NCBI GenBank assembly: GCA_964016885.1
Contig: OZ024742.1
Span: forward strand, 116,002,001-116,066,000
From: Eledone cirrhosa
Lineage: Eukaryota
Reading direction: 5' to 3'
DNA length: 64,000 nucleotides
Made by a program: the position numbers and the translations under genes. Of the stretch, positions 40,688 to 56,048 are shown in pieces. Under the pieces are notes generated by a model. The model searched no databases. It was not told where the DNA came from and saw only the letters and a list, made by a program, of their open reading frames with translations. Position 1 is the first letter of the stretch. Every line of letters begins with the position of its first letter.

Positions 40688-41399
40688 ACCCCGGTTCTGG
40701 CCCCCCACAACGCCCTCCGCCCCCCTGTAGGTCCCCTACACCCCGTACAATGACCAATGGGCAACAACACCCACCCATAATTTGTAGTCCCTACGGTGGA
40801 TTGTGCACCGGATCTTCTACTTGTTAGGAGTCAGCAAAACCACGTTTATTGAACCTGAGGACCCCCCCCCCCTGGGAATGGCCCACACAGGAAGAACCAT
40901 TATTCTAAGGTACTAACCCTATACGCATGAATGAGTGCCCGCACCGTGCGTTGTGTGTGTAACTGGGATTACGTGAATGTAGACACTCATGTGAACTCAA
41001 CGTAATACCAATACCCCAGGTTGCATTTGAAAAATGTTGGAGTGTATGCTTAAGAGTATATTTGTATATGCTCTCTTGTATGAGTGCACATGTGTATATA
41101 GACATACACACGCATCCAGAAGTATAAAAGTGTGGCTGGGTGCATGTACCTATATATGTCCGTACTAAGGGATTCGCCTAATCTCCAAATACCCCAAGCA
41201 ATTGCAGTGAAGATATATATCACACTCTACTTTTGTCTAGTCTAAACAATAACTTTTCCAAACACCCACTTTAATTTTCCTTAAAAATAACACACACCTC
41301 GTTTTATATCTGCCATATACTTGGTTTTGGGGGCCTCTGTTGTATACATATTCACGTGTGCGTACATACATATATATACATACCTGTATGGATTTGTGT

Positions 41400-41690
41400 G
41401 CGTAGATATGTGTGTGTGTCTGAGGGGGTAGGTGTGAGTGTATGTACAAGTCAAGCAACATAAGTCTTTTATTTGTAAACTTTCTAAGTATTTGACTCTA
41501 ACCATTATTTGCAGTATTACCACAACACTTAAATTCCTCAATGTGTATGTGTGGATATGTGTGTGTGTCTGTAGGGGTGGGTGTGAGGGTATGTTCAAGT
41601 CAACCAACTTAAGTCTTTTTATATGTAAACTTTCTAGAATTCGACCCTAACTATAATGTTCAGTAGTACCACCCCACATACATTCATCAA
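41400..41690. repeat. Degenerate ~150-bp tandem duplication
   Basis: gatatgtgtgtgtgtctg..ggtgtgag.gtatgt.caagtcaa occurs at ~41405 and ~41554. Confidence 0.65.
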
Positions 41691-41734
41691 TTTAAGAATG
41701 ACCTGTAGTATCGAATTTCATACTAAAAACTCAA

Positions 41735-42387
41735 TCTATATATATAAAGCTGTGGTTGTCTGTCTGTCTATCGATTTTTGGCACACATCTCCTCTTAGAA
41801 TCTCTGACGGAATTGCACCGAAATTGCTATACTTGTACATTGAGCCCTAGCGAAGACATCGGAATAAAAATATTTCAAATTGACCCACCCTATGTGACGA
41901 AATCGAATCTAATGTATCGATTTTTGAGCGTAAGTGACGAGTTATTTCCCTTTGTTCTGTGTTTACATTTTCTGCGTGCAAAAATTAAAAAAATTACGCT
42001 GGCTTTCTCAGCGTTTAAAATGACATTAACACAATACACGAACAGTTGTCGAGCCAGCAACATTTTAACCTGCAAAATTCATCAGTTCGAACACTAAGCT
42101 TCCGTTTTTCTTCATTTCCATTTAAAAGACTTTTAAAACAATATTTTTACTTGAAAACAAGTCTACTTAAAGACTACGTAAAGCAAGCAAATATTTCGTA
42201 AAAAAAAGCAAAAATTATATAAGTTTATTTAAAATATATGTATCTGTAAATTTCGTTAGGCGTGCAGACAGACAGTCGTGCAGACAGACAGTCGTGCAGA
42301 CAGACTTTAAGCCAAAAAAGAAACTTAACATTGTAACTTTAACACAGCTACTGAGCGACCCCGAGCAACGCCGGGCTTTACTGCTAG
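41735..42387 (+). mobile_element. Non-autonomous Helitron, copy 1
   Basis: A|TCTATATATATAAA...cccgagcaacgccggg hairpin...CTAG|T; inserted at an AT dinucleotide, no TSD. Confidence 0.9.
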
Positions 42388-42752
42388 TTGATTATATATC
42401 TGACCAGGAATGCTTTTTGTGAAAATCAGTCATATGGAACTATTGCCATCTTGCCTGACGGTTTGAACTTTACAACACCACCTGCCTCATTGAGGTCAAA
42501 TACCAACCCCACTAGCATCTACAAAGTGACCAATGAGAATTAAGATTATTCCTGCTGACAACATTAAATTATCCCTAACAAGCTTATATGTCTCTAGGCT
42601 CTGATACCATCAACACTGTAAACACAGAGCTGGCATATCTAAGAACTGACTAACTGGCTGGTGAGTTCATATCCATTCAATGGCTATCATCGAAATATAC
42701 ATAGCAGTAAATAAAGGATTATGAGTTCATGCAATTGACTTATGTTTCGTCA

Positions 42753-42822
<70 letters not shown>

Positions 42823-42877
42823 TGTGTATGTAGGTGTTTATATACTTTTTATATTTTTGTATGTATATATATACACT

Positions 42878-43169
<292 letters not shown>

Positions 43170-43670
43170 ATGATATTAAATAAATGGAAACTATATTTAT
43201 AAAACCATATTTATTCTATTATATATATATTTCAAGGGTGCCAACCCTTTAGTACGCTTTCATTAGATAAAATACAAAGTTTGTTTTATAAATTGTGACA
43301 TAACCAAGGAAAGATACCTTAACGGTTTTCCTTGGATGGTGAAGGGATAAGAGAAGAAAAGTCAGATATTTCAAATTATTAAAATAAGTATGCAAATGAG
43401 TTTGAGTTATAGGGCTGAAAAAAAACGTTATTTCAGACGCTATGCAGAATTTAAATAATTAGGATACATGTATGTAGGAAGTAGAAAAAGGAAGAAGAGC
43501 TTGTATTTACGTTAATTTAAAAGGAATTAACAATTTGAGGGAATGATGGAATATGATTCCAGAATTTAAATTTATTTAGCTATATTATGAGATATAATAT
43601 TGTATATATAATCAATTAGATTATAAGAAGAATTATGGTTGTAAGTATATTTTAACCTATTACATTACAA

Positions 43671-44589
43671 TCTATATATATAAAACTGTGGTTGTCTGTC
43701 TGTCTATCGATTTTTGGCACACATCTCCTCTTAGAATCTCTCACGGAATTGCACCGAAATTGCTATACTTGTACATTGAGCCCTAGCGAAGACATCGGGA
43801 AAAAAAATATTTCAAATTGACCCACCCTATGTGACGAATTCGAATATACTGTATCGATTTTTGATCGTAAGTTATCAGTTATTTCCCTTTGTTCTGTTTA
43901 CATTGAGCGTCTTACGTAAACAATTACGCTAGCTTTCTCAGCGTTTAAAATGACATTAACACAATACACGAACAAAATTCATCAGTTCGAACACTAAGCT
44001 TCCGTTTTGCTTCATTTCCATTTAAAAGCCTTTTAAAACAATATTTTTACTTGAAAACAAGTCTATTTAAAGACTACGTAAAACAAGCAAATATTTCGTC
44101 GTTAGGCGTGCAGACAGACAGTCGTGCAGAGAGACAGTCGTGCAGAGAGGTGATATACGCGTGCAGACAGACAGTCGTGCAGAGAGGTGATATAGGCGTG
44201 CAGACAGACAGTCGTGCAGAGAGGTGATATAGGCGTGCAGACAGACAGTCGTGCAGAGAGGTGATATAGGCGTGCAGACAGACATAACTGATAATTTGGT
44301 TACGCTAATGTTTTTCTCTGCGTTGCAGTGTTTACATTTTCGATCTTTGTTAATAAATAACCAGTGCAGTTTCTATCCCCAGCATCCTCTTTTGTTATAA
44401 CATTCGGGTTATCGTTATGTTTTCTTAACTTCATAAGGCATATTGTTGGTTGAGGGAATATTAATCAAAAACACCACATGCAAGTCTGCACAGTAGACAC
44501 TACAGTTTTTAAGCCAAGAAAGAAACTTAACATTGTAACTTTAACACAGCTACTGAGCGACCCCGAGCAACGCCGGGCTTTACTGCTAG
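43671..44589 (+). mobile_element. Non-autonomous Helitron, copy 2
   Basis: Same termini as 41735-42387 (A|TC...CTAG|T). Confidence 0.9.
44104..44284. repeat. 37-bp minisatellite inside Helitron copy 2
   Basis: aggcgtgcagacagacagtcgtgcagagaggtgatat, about 4-5 units. Only 16-bp subunits are present in copy 1 (42258-42305). Confidence 0.85.
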
Positions 44590-45239
44590 TAGTTTATAAA
44601 TGTATAAATATCTATATAGATTAATAATTATGCATGTATAAGTATTAGAGAAATAGAAATAATTTACAATTATTAGTTGTTTATATTTCTATTATGAGTT
44701 ACGAAGGATGTTGATTTTGCATTTTACATAAAAAACAGGTGATTCATGTTGTAAGAAGAGAACAATTTGTAGATTCGAATATTTTGTTCCAACATTGAGA
44801 ATGTTTTTAGAACATTGTTAATTTAGCGAAGTTATATAGTTTATCGAACATATTATTATAATATCATGTTTATGTTTGCACAATTGCAAAGGGAAAGATA
44901 ACTCCAATCTTGTTTGTTAACCGTTAAATTTGATGAATGATTTACTCAGGAAATATATAGAGAAAATTATATATTATTTCGTGTGAGATTAATTATTTTA
45001 GTCGAAAGATATGTAAAAGTTTGAAGATCAAAAGGAGAGGAAAAACGTAATGTGCATTTCGACGAACTATCGAAAGAGGATACATTTTCAGAATGTCAAT
45101 TAAAGATTATCAAACTACATCTAAAAAAATAATGTCAGAAGTAAAAAATATAAAAAAAATAAAATAAAAATATAAAAAAATAAAATAAAAAAATAAAATA
45201 AAAAAATAAAAAAAATAGTAGAAATATTAAAAAAAATTA

Positions 45240-47560
45240 AGAAGGAAGGTCATTTACAAAAAAATTACATTTAAATTTTAAAGAAAATAGGATCATTTTG
45301 AAGGTGTATAAGAATATCAAATTAAAAATACTTCTGAAAGTGCAATTTTGGCGGTGTCTGCAAGAAGAAAATAATTCTGTTTTAAGATTAATAGAGTTTT
45401 GACAATTAATTATATAAAAGATTTCCTCGATACATAAGTTACGGAATCTTGAGAAAGCCATCTTTCGGTATGCATGTGCTATCGAAATCGTTCTCCAAGA
45501 TATTGAATCGTCTATATTGTTGTCTTTTATGTTCCAAATTAAATGTGAAAAGTGAAGTGGAAGATTTGTTATTGAACTTCTTAAATGTGTGTTTATGGTT
45601 AAACCAGCATTCTTGGAATGTTGTCGAAGTGGCACCAATATAGTTAAATACTTTGTCTCTAGTTTTAACTGCATTTATAAGTTACCTTTTTGTCTAAGCA
45701 ATTATTTTTAAAGGGCAGTTTGATTTAAATCTACAGTTACATTTTCTGGAGTTGTTGTTCGGAACGGTACTATTATTCTGAATATTGTTGTTAGAAATAT
45801 TTGTATTGCTTCTTTGGTTAGTTTGGTTAGGGTTTAAATTTACGTTTCTATTATTAATTCTATTTATATGTTGTGCTATGTTCATAGTAGTAGAGTAGGA
45901 TAGTTTTATAGTGTGTCTGTTAAAAATAGAGTGCTATCTGTGGGTTTTAGGAAAACATTTATCTAGTGCTTTAAAGAATAGCTTTGCTAAAGATGATTTA
46001 ACGCTTAATGAGAATGGGGGAGAGTACCAAATGATATTTGTAGTTCTAGTGTTTTGTTTGGTTAAGTGTTTCAGTTAAATTGTTTATTATTATTATAATT
46101 AATTTTAGGATGATTTGTCATGTCATTGTTATCTATGTATTTAATTGTATTCGAGTATCCTGCTCTATGTAAAGTTTCGTTGTAATATTCTGCCTTATCA
46201 TCAAAAATATTTTTATTAGCAGAGATGTGTGAAATCCGTTGTTGACGCTATTGACAATAGTGTTTTTAATACTTCTAGGATGATTAGAATTGAAACTTAC
46301 GTAACTTAGATTTTCATTAATTTTATGGAAAGGATAGTAAAGACCTGTACTAAGGTTTAAGGTTACATCTAAGAAGATAATAATGTTGTAGTTATTCTCT
46401 ATTTCTATCTTAAGATTGTAGTTGTTGAAAAAGTGTATTGTGGATTTCTTTTTCCTATTAATTTCACTATTGCTATGTTTTTCAATTAAAAGTGACATAT
46501 CGTCACGATATAAACCTCCGGTCATCTCTGGCATTTTCCAATGCAGTACATTATTAATAAATAATCCAACGATGTCCTTTACTTGCGCCGAGTCAGATGA
46601 TCCCAGAATGATATCAAAATTGTTTTTTTCTATCGGCTCTTGTCCAGAGCTGATTATTAAATTCAATTAGTGTTTTACGTGCTGTTAGAATTATATTCAT
46701 TTCATCATTAGATAGGTATGTATATTTAGACGCGTAGATAAGTGCCTTATTAAGTAAGCTAGGGTTAATAGAGGAGTAGTAATTTGCAATATCCATTTGA
46801 ATGAATGTTTTGTTATGTTTTAATTTTATGTTATTGAACCAATCTATAACTTCATTAGTACCGTTCCATAGTTTAAGGTGTGATTTTTCTTTAAGCAGTG
46901 GTATAATTATATCTAATATATGCTTGCTAATTATGCCTAAGTCCGATTTAGATGGTGCGATGAGTCTGACTGGTAGTTCAATTTCAAAATTTCTTTTGTG
47001 GTCCTTCAGGTTAATCTTCGGTTTTCTGGGTATAAAGGGTTCAGTCTAATCTTGTATGCCTAATTTATAAATAATTTCAGAAGCTTCTCTATTTAACGTT
47101 GAAAGATCATTTGATGTTATTTTGTAGTTTTTCCTGAGTTCTTTCAATTTTATAAGGTTATTATATTCGTCCTTTTCCATACCATATAAATTATTTGTTT
47201 TGTCAAATTTTATCAGGATCCTTTGTTTTTTCTAGATTGTCTATTTTATTCTTGAGGCCTTTAAGGTACTCCTGGCCGATACATTTTTTTAAACATTTTT
47301 TTTTATATCATAGATATTACTTCATTTTCAAATTCGGTTAGTAGTGTGTTGCTAGGTGGATTCTTCTTAGATTTGAAGATAAGGTCGAAGTTGTAACTGG
47401 ATTTATTTATTTTGTCCTCGGATTTTCTATCAAAATGGAAAGCACGCAATCTAAGTCTTCGTATAAAGGAGTCAGATTTCTCAATTAGTTGTTTTAGATA
47501 TTCCTTATTTTTAGGTAAGGATACATCTTTTACAGAAGAAGAAATCCTAAAGAATTCCAT
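45240..47560 (-). pseudogene. Penelope-like RT + GIY-YIG ORF (probably Naiad clade), disrupted
   Basis: KDVSLP..LIEK..FIRRLR N-terminus, DIANYYSSI, GSSDSAQVKDIVGL, GLYRDD, FLDVTLNL, SNHP, WYSPPFS, CNCRFKSNCPL, YIGAT, NLCIEE, SCRH. Confidence 0.92.
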
Positions 47561-47822
47561 TATTTTGCAATCAGTTATAGTTTAAAGTGCTCAACATTGA
47601 AGGAGCTATTTTTAAGCAAAAGGGATATTCAATTTGTTGGTAATTCAACAAATATAAATGATTATAACTGATTCAGAGCACTCGACAAGTTTTCTGGAGT
47701 ATAATATTCAATGATAGTAAATCAATGGTAACTATATTTATAAAACCATATTTATCCTATTATATATATTTCAAGAGTACCAAAACTTTGGTAAGCTTTG
47801 ATTGTTTGTAAACCGAACTGTG

Positions 47823-48470
47823 TACGGCTAATAATTTCGGGCTGTTTGTTTACAAACAAACCGAGCATTATAATAAATATTCTGTAAACCCATACGTACA
47901 TATATATATATGTGTGTGCATGTATGTATGTATATACATACGACTGTACGTCTGTATACATATATGTATTACGTATACATACTTATATTTAAGTATCAGC
48001 CGTATTAAGAGTGAGAAATGAAATTTCATTTTTTTTCCATTTACCGTTTTCGGTATACACGGCCGACTAACTCACTCGATATGTAAATTAGGCTGCTCAG
48101 CAATTAATATGCATAAGAAAAGTATATACTTTCAAACGTTCAATCGACTGACAAGAAGGTATACGGTGCAGATGACAGCTTATAAGCTAGAAACTAGTTC
48201 ATCTTTCCTTTGTCAGTGTTGAACAAAAGAGCCACGTTGGTTGCCGAACACTACGGCTAATAATTTCGGGCTGTTTGTTTACAAACAAACCGAGCATTAT
48301 AATAAATGTTCGGTAAACCCATACGTACATATATATATGTGTGCATGTATGTATGTATATGCAGTACATACTACTGTACGCCTGTACACATATATGTATG
48401 TACGTATACATACTCATATTTAAGTATCAGCCGTACTAAGAGTGATAAATGAAATTTCATTTTTTTCCAT
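47823..48470. repeat. Direct repeat pair (~220 bp, spacing ~430)
   Basis: tacggctaataatttcgggctg...gaaatttcattttttttccat at 47823-48040 and 48252-48470. Confidence 0.8.
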
Positions 48471-48599
48471 GTATATATATATATATATATATTCAAAATT
48501 AATTTAATTAAATTGAATTAAGGGAGGCATGTCCGAGACATGCGCCATATCCACCGTGGAATAAGCTCAAAGATTCCAATGAATAGATCCGAGCATTTT

Positions 48600-49020
48600 A
48601 TATCAACTAGAAATTGATTGACATATATATATATTTAAAATAAACACATGAAACAATCACAGGGGATGATTTGTAAAGTGTGTAATCACACATAGCTAGG
48701 TAGGTGACTAATTAAATTTTAACTAGAGCTTCAAATATTACCTTTTTAAAAAATGATTAATCCTCCTTGTATATATTTCATTAAAGAAATATATTTCACC
48801 ATTAATCCGTAAAGTCACAGTAGTCAAATCTCGGATCTTCAGCAAGGAGGCAAGATTTTCAAAAGGTAATATTTTTTTTAAATGTAATATTTGAAGTCCT
48901 AGTTAAACTTTAATTAGTTACTTACCTAGCTGTGTGTGATTAAAACACTTTACAAATTATCCCCTGTGATTGTTTCACGTGTTTATTTTATATATATATA
49001 TATGTCAATCAATTTCGAGT

Positions 49021-49025
<5 letters not shown>
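48600..49025. repeat. Fold-back with ~145-bp inverted arms between (TA)n tracts
   Basis: 48601-48745 is inverted to 48880-49024. Confidence 0.8.
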
Positions 49026-49054
<29 letters not shown>

Positions 49055-49155
49055 ATATGTGTCTATGGATATATATGTGTATGTGTGTATATATGTAGTT
49101 TATTATTTGAACAGATAAAAGAGAGGCAGTACAAATGATATGATTTTTAGTTTCA

Positions 49156-49258
<103 letters not shown>

Positions 49259-49664
49259 TATATTGTCGTACTGCCTCTCTGTTCTGTCCCTGTTCAATTT
49301 TTTATTATACATATATATATATATATATAAATATGAAAACAGGGAGAAAGAGACGATTATTAGGAAGAAAAATATATTTGTTTTCCTTTTATGTTTCTCT
49401 CTCTCTTTTTTCTGGGTTTTAAAATGATTAAAACGAAATGTTTTACTTTGTGTGAAGTGTTAAGGTATTAGTTGATTTATTTATTATTTAACAATGGCAT
49501 TTATTTATCTATTTATATATTTATTAATTGTCTATTACCGGTTTCAACATTTATATATATATATTGTGTGTGTGTTTATATATATGTGTGTGTATGTGTG
49601 TATATGTGTATGTATGTGTATGTATGTGTGTATGTATATATATATATATATATATGTATACGTG

Positions 49665-49696
<32 letters not shown>

Positions 49697-49819
49697 CGTG
49701 TGTGTGTATGTATGTAGTTATGTATATATATATGTGCGTACGTGTGCATGTATGTATGTATATATGCACGTTTGAATGTGTGTATGCGTGTGTATGCATG
49801 AGAGCGTGTGTGTGTATAT

Positions 49820-50035
49820 AAGGCGTGTGGCTGAGTGGTTAGATAATTGGATTCGCAATCGTGAGGATGTGAGTACAATTCCTGGACCGGGCGATGCGTT
49901 ATGTCCTTGAGCAAGACACTTTATTTCACGTTGCTCCTTCTACCTGGAGTTGCGACCGATAGATAGTATTAGCAATTGGAAAGACCAACGGAAACATTGT
50001 TTCCTCGGTCCGATTTGACGAAAGTCGATCGTTCC
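49820..50035 (+). mobile_element. tRNA-derived SINE, second family
   Basis: A-box tggctgagtgg, degenerate B-box, central gtccttgagcaagacacttt (CORE/Meta-type domain). Confidence 0.7.
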
Positions 50036-50886
50036 TAAATATATATATATATATGTATATATGTATATATATGCGTGTGTGTGTCTGTGTGCGTATATAT
50101 GTACACATATTTGTATGTATGTGTATACATACGTGTATATATTTGTATATGTGTATGTGTGTATGTACTTTTTATATATGACTTTTGTGTGTGTCACTGT
50201 CTGTGTGTGTGTGCCTGCCTGTGTGTGCGTGCGTGTATGTGTGTGTACGTGTGTGAGTGAGCGAGTGTGTGTATGTGCTTGTCAACACCTGGAATATATA
50301 TTAAGAGAAACTTCACAATAAGGGGAAGCACCCCAACACTTGTATCTGTTGATGGGACCGTTTCTGCCTTTGTCACCCTATTCCAACCTTAAAGAATTAG
50401 CTTCTAAAGAATTTCCCTTTTGTTATACTTTGGGAGGGTCATGTTGCCAATAAGATAAAGAATCTTGCTAAACAAATTCAATTTCCCTTTTCTTTAAACC
50501 ATTGAACCACCCATCCTGTAGACACCTGTCTTACAAGCATTGTTAATCTAAATGATAAACTAGGATTGATATTCCAAATATGATTTTGTTTACAGTATTC
50601 TTCCTGCCTTTGATAATACTATAGCTTTAAAGAATTAGCTTTTAATGACATCCCTCTTCTTTAAATCCTTCAATCAATGACCTCCACCCATCCCACTCCC
50701 CACCCTCTTCTACCACCAGTAAAGATATAAATATCACTACTTACTTGGACATCAAGCTCCCTCATGATTCCTCACAAATGAAACAGTTCTACTCCTGTAA
50801 GCTCTTCTATATTAAAACTGTTATACTGTGCTATGTATTTAGTAACTTACTTACTGTGGTTTCCTACGATTCAACCCGGAATAACT

Positions 50887-50940
<54 letters not shown>

Positions 50941-51672
50941 GGTGTTTGGGTGTATGTTGGTGTGTGTGTGTGTATATATATATATGTGTGCATGTGTGTG
51001 AATGTATGTTTATATGTCTATATATATATATATGTGTGTATATGTGTGTGTGTGCGTGCCTGTGTATGTAGTAAATAAGAAAAAGAAACAGTAGAAAATG
51101 CTAACGGTATTTTCTCTCAGAATAACATCAAAACATTTATTTACAAAATAGGAATTTCCTCAATATTTATACCGGTTTCAATGTATATGCTTTTTCACAC
51201 GACGGAAGTGTGTACTGCAACTAAATTGCATAATTATGATTTCTTTATTTCATTATATATATTTTTTTTTCTTAAATTGCATAATAATAAGAACAATAAG
51301 GATATAGGGAAATAAAGTTTTTACATACATATATATAGGGAGAAAAGTTCAAATTTTTGTCTGTAGCTTTCTTTCTTTCTATCTTAGTGCTGACCTTAGC
51401 CGTGTCACTACCAACCTTAATTATCCGTCTGCTATCATTATCTTTTTATTTTATAGTTTGCTGTTTCATCTATTTGACTCACTTCACCGTACTCTATTTG
51501 AATGTCGCCATTATCCCTTCATCTCTTCCCATCCCATGTTATTACATTGTCAAGTTACCTTAAATATCTCCCTCACCTTATCATCTCTTCATTCAACCTC
51601 TCTTATTTTTTCCATGTTATTATTGTTATCACTATTTTACGCCTCTATCCTCCACATCACTGCAAATCCCCT

Positions 51673-52070
51673 GGTGGATTGGCAGTATCGGTAGAAGGTC
51701 GGACGCCATGCTTTACAGCACAGTTACGTCCCTTTACGGAATGAGTTCAAATCCCGCCGAGATTAACTTTGCCTTTCATCCTTACGGGGTCGATAAAATA
51801 AAGTACCAGTAATATACTGGATTAAGTGCTGGCCTTGTGCCAAAAGTAGAAACAATTATTATCACTATTATTAGGCGGTGGATTGGCAGTATCGGTAGAG
51901 GATCGGACGCCATGCTTTGCGGCATAGAGTTGCAGCCCTTTATGATCTGAGTTGAAATCCCACCGAGATTAACTTTGCCTTTCATCCCTACGGGGTCGAC
52001 AGACTAAAGTGCCAGTAACGTACTGGGATATCTGCTGGCCTTGTGCCAAAAGTAGAAACAATTATTACTA
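51673..52070 (+). mobile_element. Two head-to-tail SINEs (51673-51870, 51874-52070)
   Basis: Both match 24002-24192; the second starts in the att tail of the first. Confidence 0.88.
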
Positions 52071-52141
52071 TTATTGCTTTCATTCATGTTATTTCTCCAT
52101 GTATCTATAAATACTAGTGCACTGTATCATCTACACAGATC

Positions 52142-52252
52142 AGTATTCTGATGATTTGGTCGGGTATCGACTATAATTAAAATCGATTGACGTAGCTTCT
52201 GGCGATCAGTGATTTTCAGACACACGGGACTAATGAAACAATTGTTAATACT
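52142..52252 (+). ncRNA. Type I hammerhead with long helix II (family I)
   Basis: agtatt CTGATGA t-ttggtc...gactaa-t GAA ACAATTGT T aatact. Followed by aataaa and gttattcttcact, the same end motif as the pLTR at 38176. Confidence 0.75.
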
Positions 52253-52299
52253 TCGAATAAAACCTATTGTATAGCCGACTACGTTATTCTTCACTCATT

Positions 52300-52350
<51 letters not shown>

Positions 52351-52777
52351 TAATATATATAGAAATATATATTACGAGGATTACATAGTATATATTCATA
52401 ACTTTACAATATGAATGGATATCGTGCAAATTACGTTCTCTCATATAGCTAATGATATGTAATGTTGATTGGCTTTGTTCAGGTTTGTGTGACCGAGTAA
52501 GTCTGAACATTGAAACCATCTTCTCTAAACGCTATTACGTTTTCCTAATTATTCGTGATAAATTAATTATCAGTTCTATATTCGCATAAATTAAGTGAAT
52601 AATTGTAAAAATCACCTGGTCTAATAGGTAAGTATTCATTACACTAATCAACTATTGATGCTATTAATTAATCGATCTCTTCTCTTATGTAAGATGGTAA
52701 AATCGTCAATAAAAATATAGTTATGAATATGTTATTGAGAGTCGGTTAATTATTAATAGTTTTGCTTCTATTAATTA

Positions 52778-52834
<57 letters not shown>

Positions 52835-53035
52835 TCGTACACGTAAACACATGTATGCGCATACAGACGCATTCACGCATACACACACGCACGCACAAAC
52901 CTATGTATGTATATATAAATATATGTAATATAAATATATATATATATGTGTGTGTGTGGGTGTATGTGTAAGTGTGTGAGTTGGTGTATGTGTACGTGTG
53001 CGTGTGTACGTGTTTGTTTGCCTGTTTCTGTGTGT

Positions 53036-53083
<48 letters not shown>

Positions 53084-53516
53084 TACAAAATAATACAGCC
53101 AATTATCCACACAATACAATATAGTTCGCACTCCAAACGTTTAATTGGAAATATACTCCGGTATTTCCTAATGTTTGTTGAGTGAGATGGAAATTGATCG
53201 AAGTATCGCTAATAGCTTTCTCCGTTTATGTTATTATGTATATAGATATATTTGTACGTATCATATGTATATTTGTATATACGCTTTATTTTCCACACCT
53301 AATGAACTTATTCGCATATGTGTCGCCACGGAAAAGAAATATATCAATATCTATAGTTTATTTATCGTTAATTCCTGTTCCTCTTTGGGACTTGCATTCT
53401 CCAGATCTTGCACGATGTCCGGGGGATATTTCGGTTCTCCATATTATTTCAAATTTAAACAAGTGTAGACATTAATAATACGGTTAGGAATATCATCTAA
53501 GGTTTGTTACTTGAAT

Positions 53517-53547
<31 letters not shown>

Positions 53548-53591
53548 AACACACACATACACACACACACGCGCGCACGCGCGCGCGCATA

Positions 53592-53628
<37 letters not shown>

Positions 53629-53736
53629 ACACGCACACACACACACACACGCACACACAGATATATATATATATGTATGTATTTAAAATAGGTAAGTCAA
53701 ACATGTAAAATTTGGCTTCGTTTATTATAAATTCTT

Positions 53737-53787
53737 TGCTATATATATTTCAGTGACAGCTATTATTGGCTGTGACCTCTTCAGGCA
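53737..53787 (-). ncRNA. Type I hammerhead (family J)
   Basis: tgc CTGAAGA ggtcacagc caataata gctgtcact GAA ATATATAT A gca. The host repeat 53690-54015 recurs inverted at 56762-57095 with CTAAAGA. Confidence 0.7.
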
Positions 53788-54009
53788 GTACGATTTAATG
53801 TGGAAAAGACAGGTAAACATGTTGTTGAAATGTGTTTCACTCTGTCAATACATCGATATGTCCAGCTCCTGCGTTTGTTATTAGTCCTCCGAGGGAGTGG
53901 AAGCATATGTTTCCAGTTCCTCGGAGGACTAACAACACACTATCATTAAATGAGGTTATCATTAAATGAGGTGTAACCTTGTCGAGTTACAGCGTAACCT
54001 CCACCGAAA

Positions 54010-54061
<52 letters not shown>

Positions 54062-54146
54062 GATATATAGATATATGGTAGCCTACCACTACAGGGATTG
54101 AAGGTTCAAGACCTTAGGTGTATGTCAAATAACATATTTTGTATGA

Positions 54147-54203
54147 TTTATCTGACGAAAGCGTACTCGAAAAACATTGTTTCCTTGAAATATGTATAAT
54201 AAA
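54147..54203 (+). ncRNA. Type I hammerhead (family H relative)
   Basis: tttat CTGACGA aag...ctt GAA ATATGTAT A ataaa. Confidence 0.6.
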
Positions 54204-54347
54204 ATATATACTTTGGTTATGAAAGTATTTCTCATTTATTAATATGTTAAATATTATAAATACTCCAGATAAATTATCGTCGAATGCTTCTAATCTATTG
54301 TAAAATTGAATTCGTTGAATAATCAACGAACCATATAAACATTTGGT

Positions 54348-54379
<32 letters not shown>

Positions 54380-54421
54380 AAACATGTATATATATAAAAC
54401 ATTTTCAACCTGTCTATGTAA

Positions 54422-55136
<715 letters not shown>

Positions 55137-55209
55137 ATATATATATATATATATATAAATTTATGATATACGAAGCCACGTTTTACGTATTTGAATTAAT
55201 TATTTTATA

Positions 55210-55243
<34 letters not shown>

Positions 55244-55328
55244 ACCAAAAGTTTATATGGTACGTTGATTTTTCAACGAGTTCAATTTTACAATAGATTA
55301 GAAGCACTCCTCAAAAAATTATCTGGAG

Positions 55329-55380
<52 letters not shown>

Positions 55381-55386
55381 CATTTA

Positions 55387-55981
55387 GGAGGTGAGTTTTA
55401 TTGTAGTACAATAAAGCAATGCAGATATCGGATAAGAAGCACTCTACAGTTTGTAGCACTGGAATATACATAATATATAATAACAAAAGATAGTTAAAAG
55501 AGTTCCATGTATTTTATTAACCCCTCAATATACAAACCTTAACTTTACATTATTTTTCTCTACGTTAATTTTCAAATTCTTTTAATTTATACATTATCTT
55601 CCAACGGTTTTCAACCTGTCTATGTAAAACAATGTTTCATTCTCAGTTATAAAAGCTATCTCTCTCTCTCTATCACCCATCTCTCCTCCTATCTCATCCT
55701 TCCTCATTATACTCCTCCCTCTCCCCTTTTTACTCTCATCTCCTGCTCTTTTTCATCCCCCCCCCCCTCAAAATAAATATTTTTCCCAATATCACACATC
55801 AATCTAAAACTACTTTTCATATGTTGATTTAAAAATGCACTATCCGCAAGTGTTTTTTTAACCTTCATATCATGTCTTCCTGTTTTATCTGATGAAAACA
55901 CAAATATTATTGCATGATGATATTTGTTTTTGAAATGCGCATAATAAAATACAAGGAACTCTTTTAACCATCTTCTGTTCT

Positions 55982-55990
<9 letters not shown>
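55387..55990 (+). mobile_element. Family E pLTR-like insert with inverted ends
   Basis: 55387-55518 matches 33093-33224; 55820-55990 matches 33347-33512. Confidence 0.8.

Positions 55991-56048
<58 letters not shown>

Noticed and set aside
44104-44284. 37-bp repeats as CRISPR repeats
   Set aside because: Contiguous with no unique spacers, inside a Helitron, no cas genes.
45240-45760. Selenocysteine (in-frame TGA) in Naiad-type endonucleases
   Set aside because: The conserved Cys positions I could read in these copies are TGT/TGC or missense. No TGA at a Cys position and no SECIS recognised.
51155-51185. GAAACCGGTA half-hammerheads on the minus strand (also ~49535)
   Set aside because: No matching CUGANGA or helix I found.
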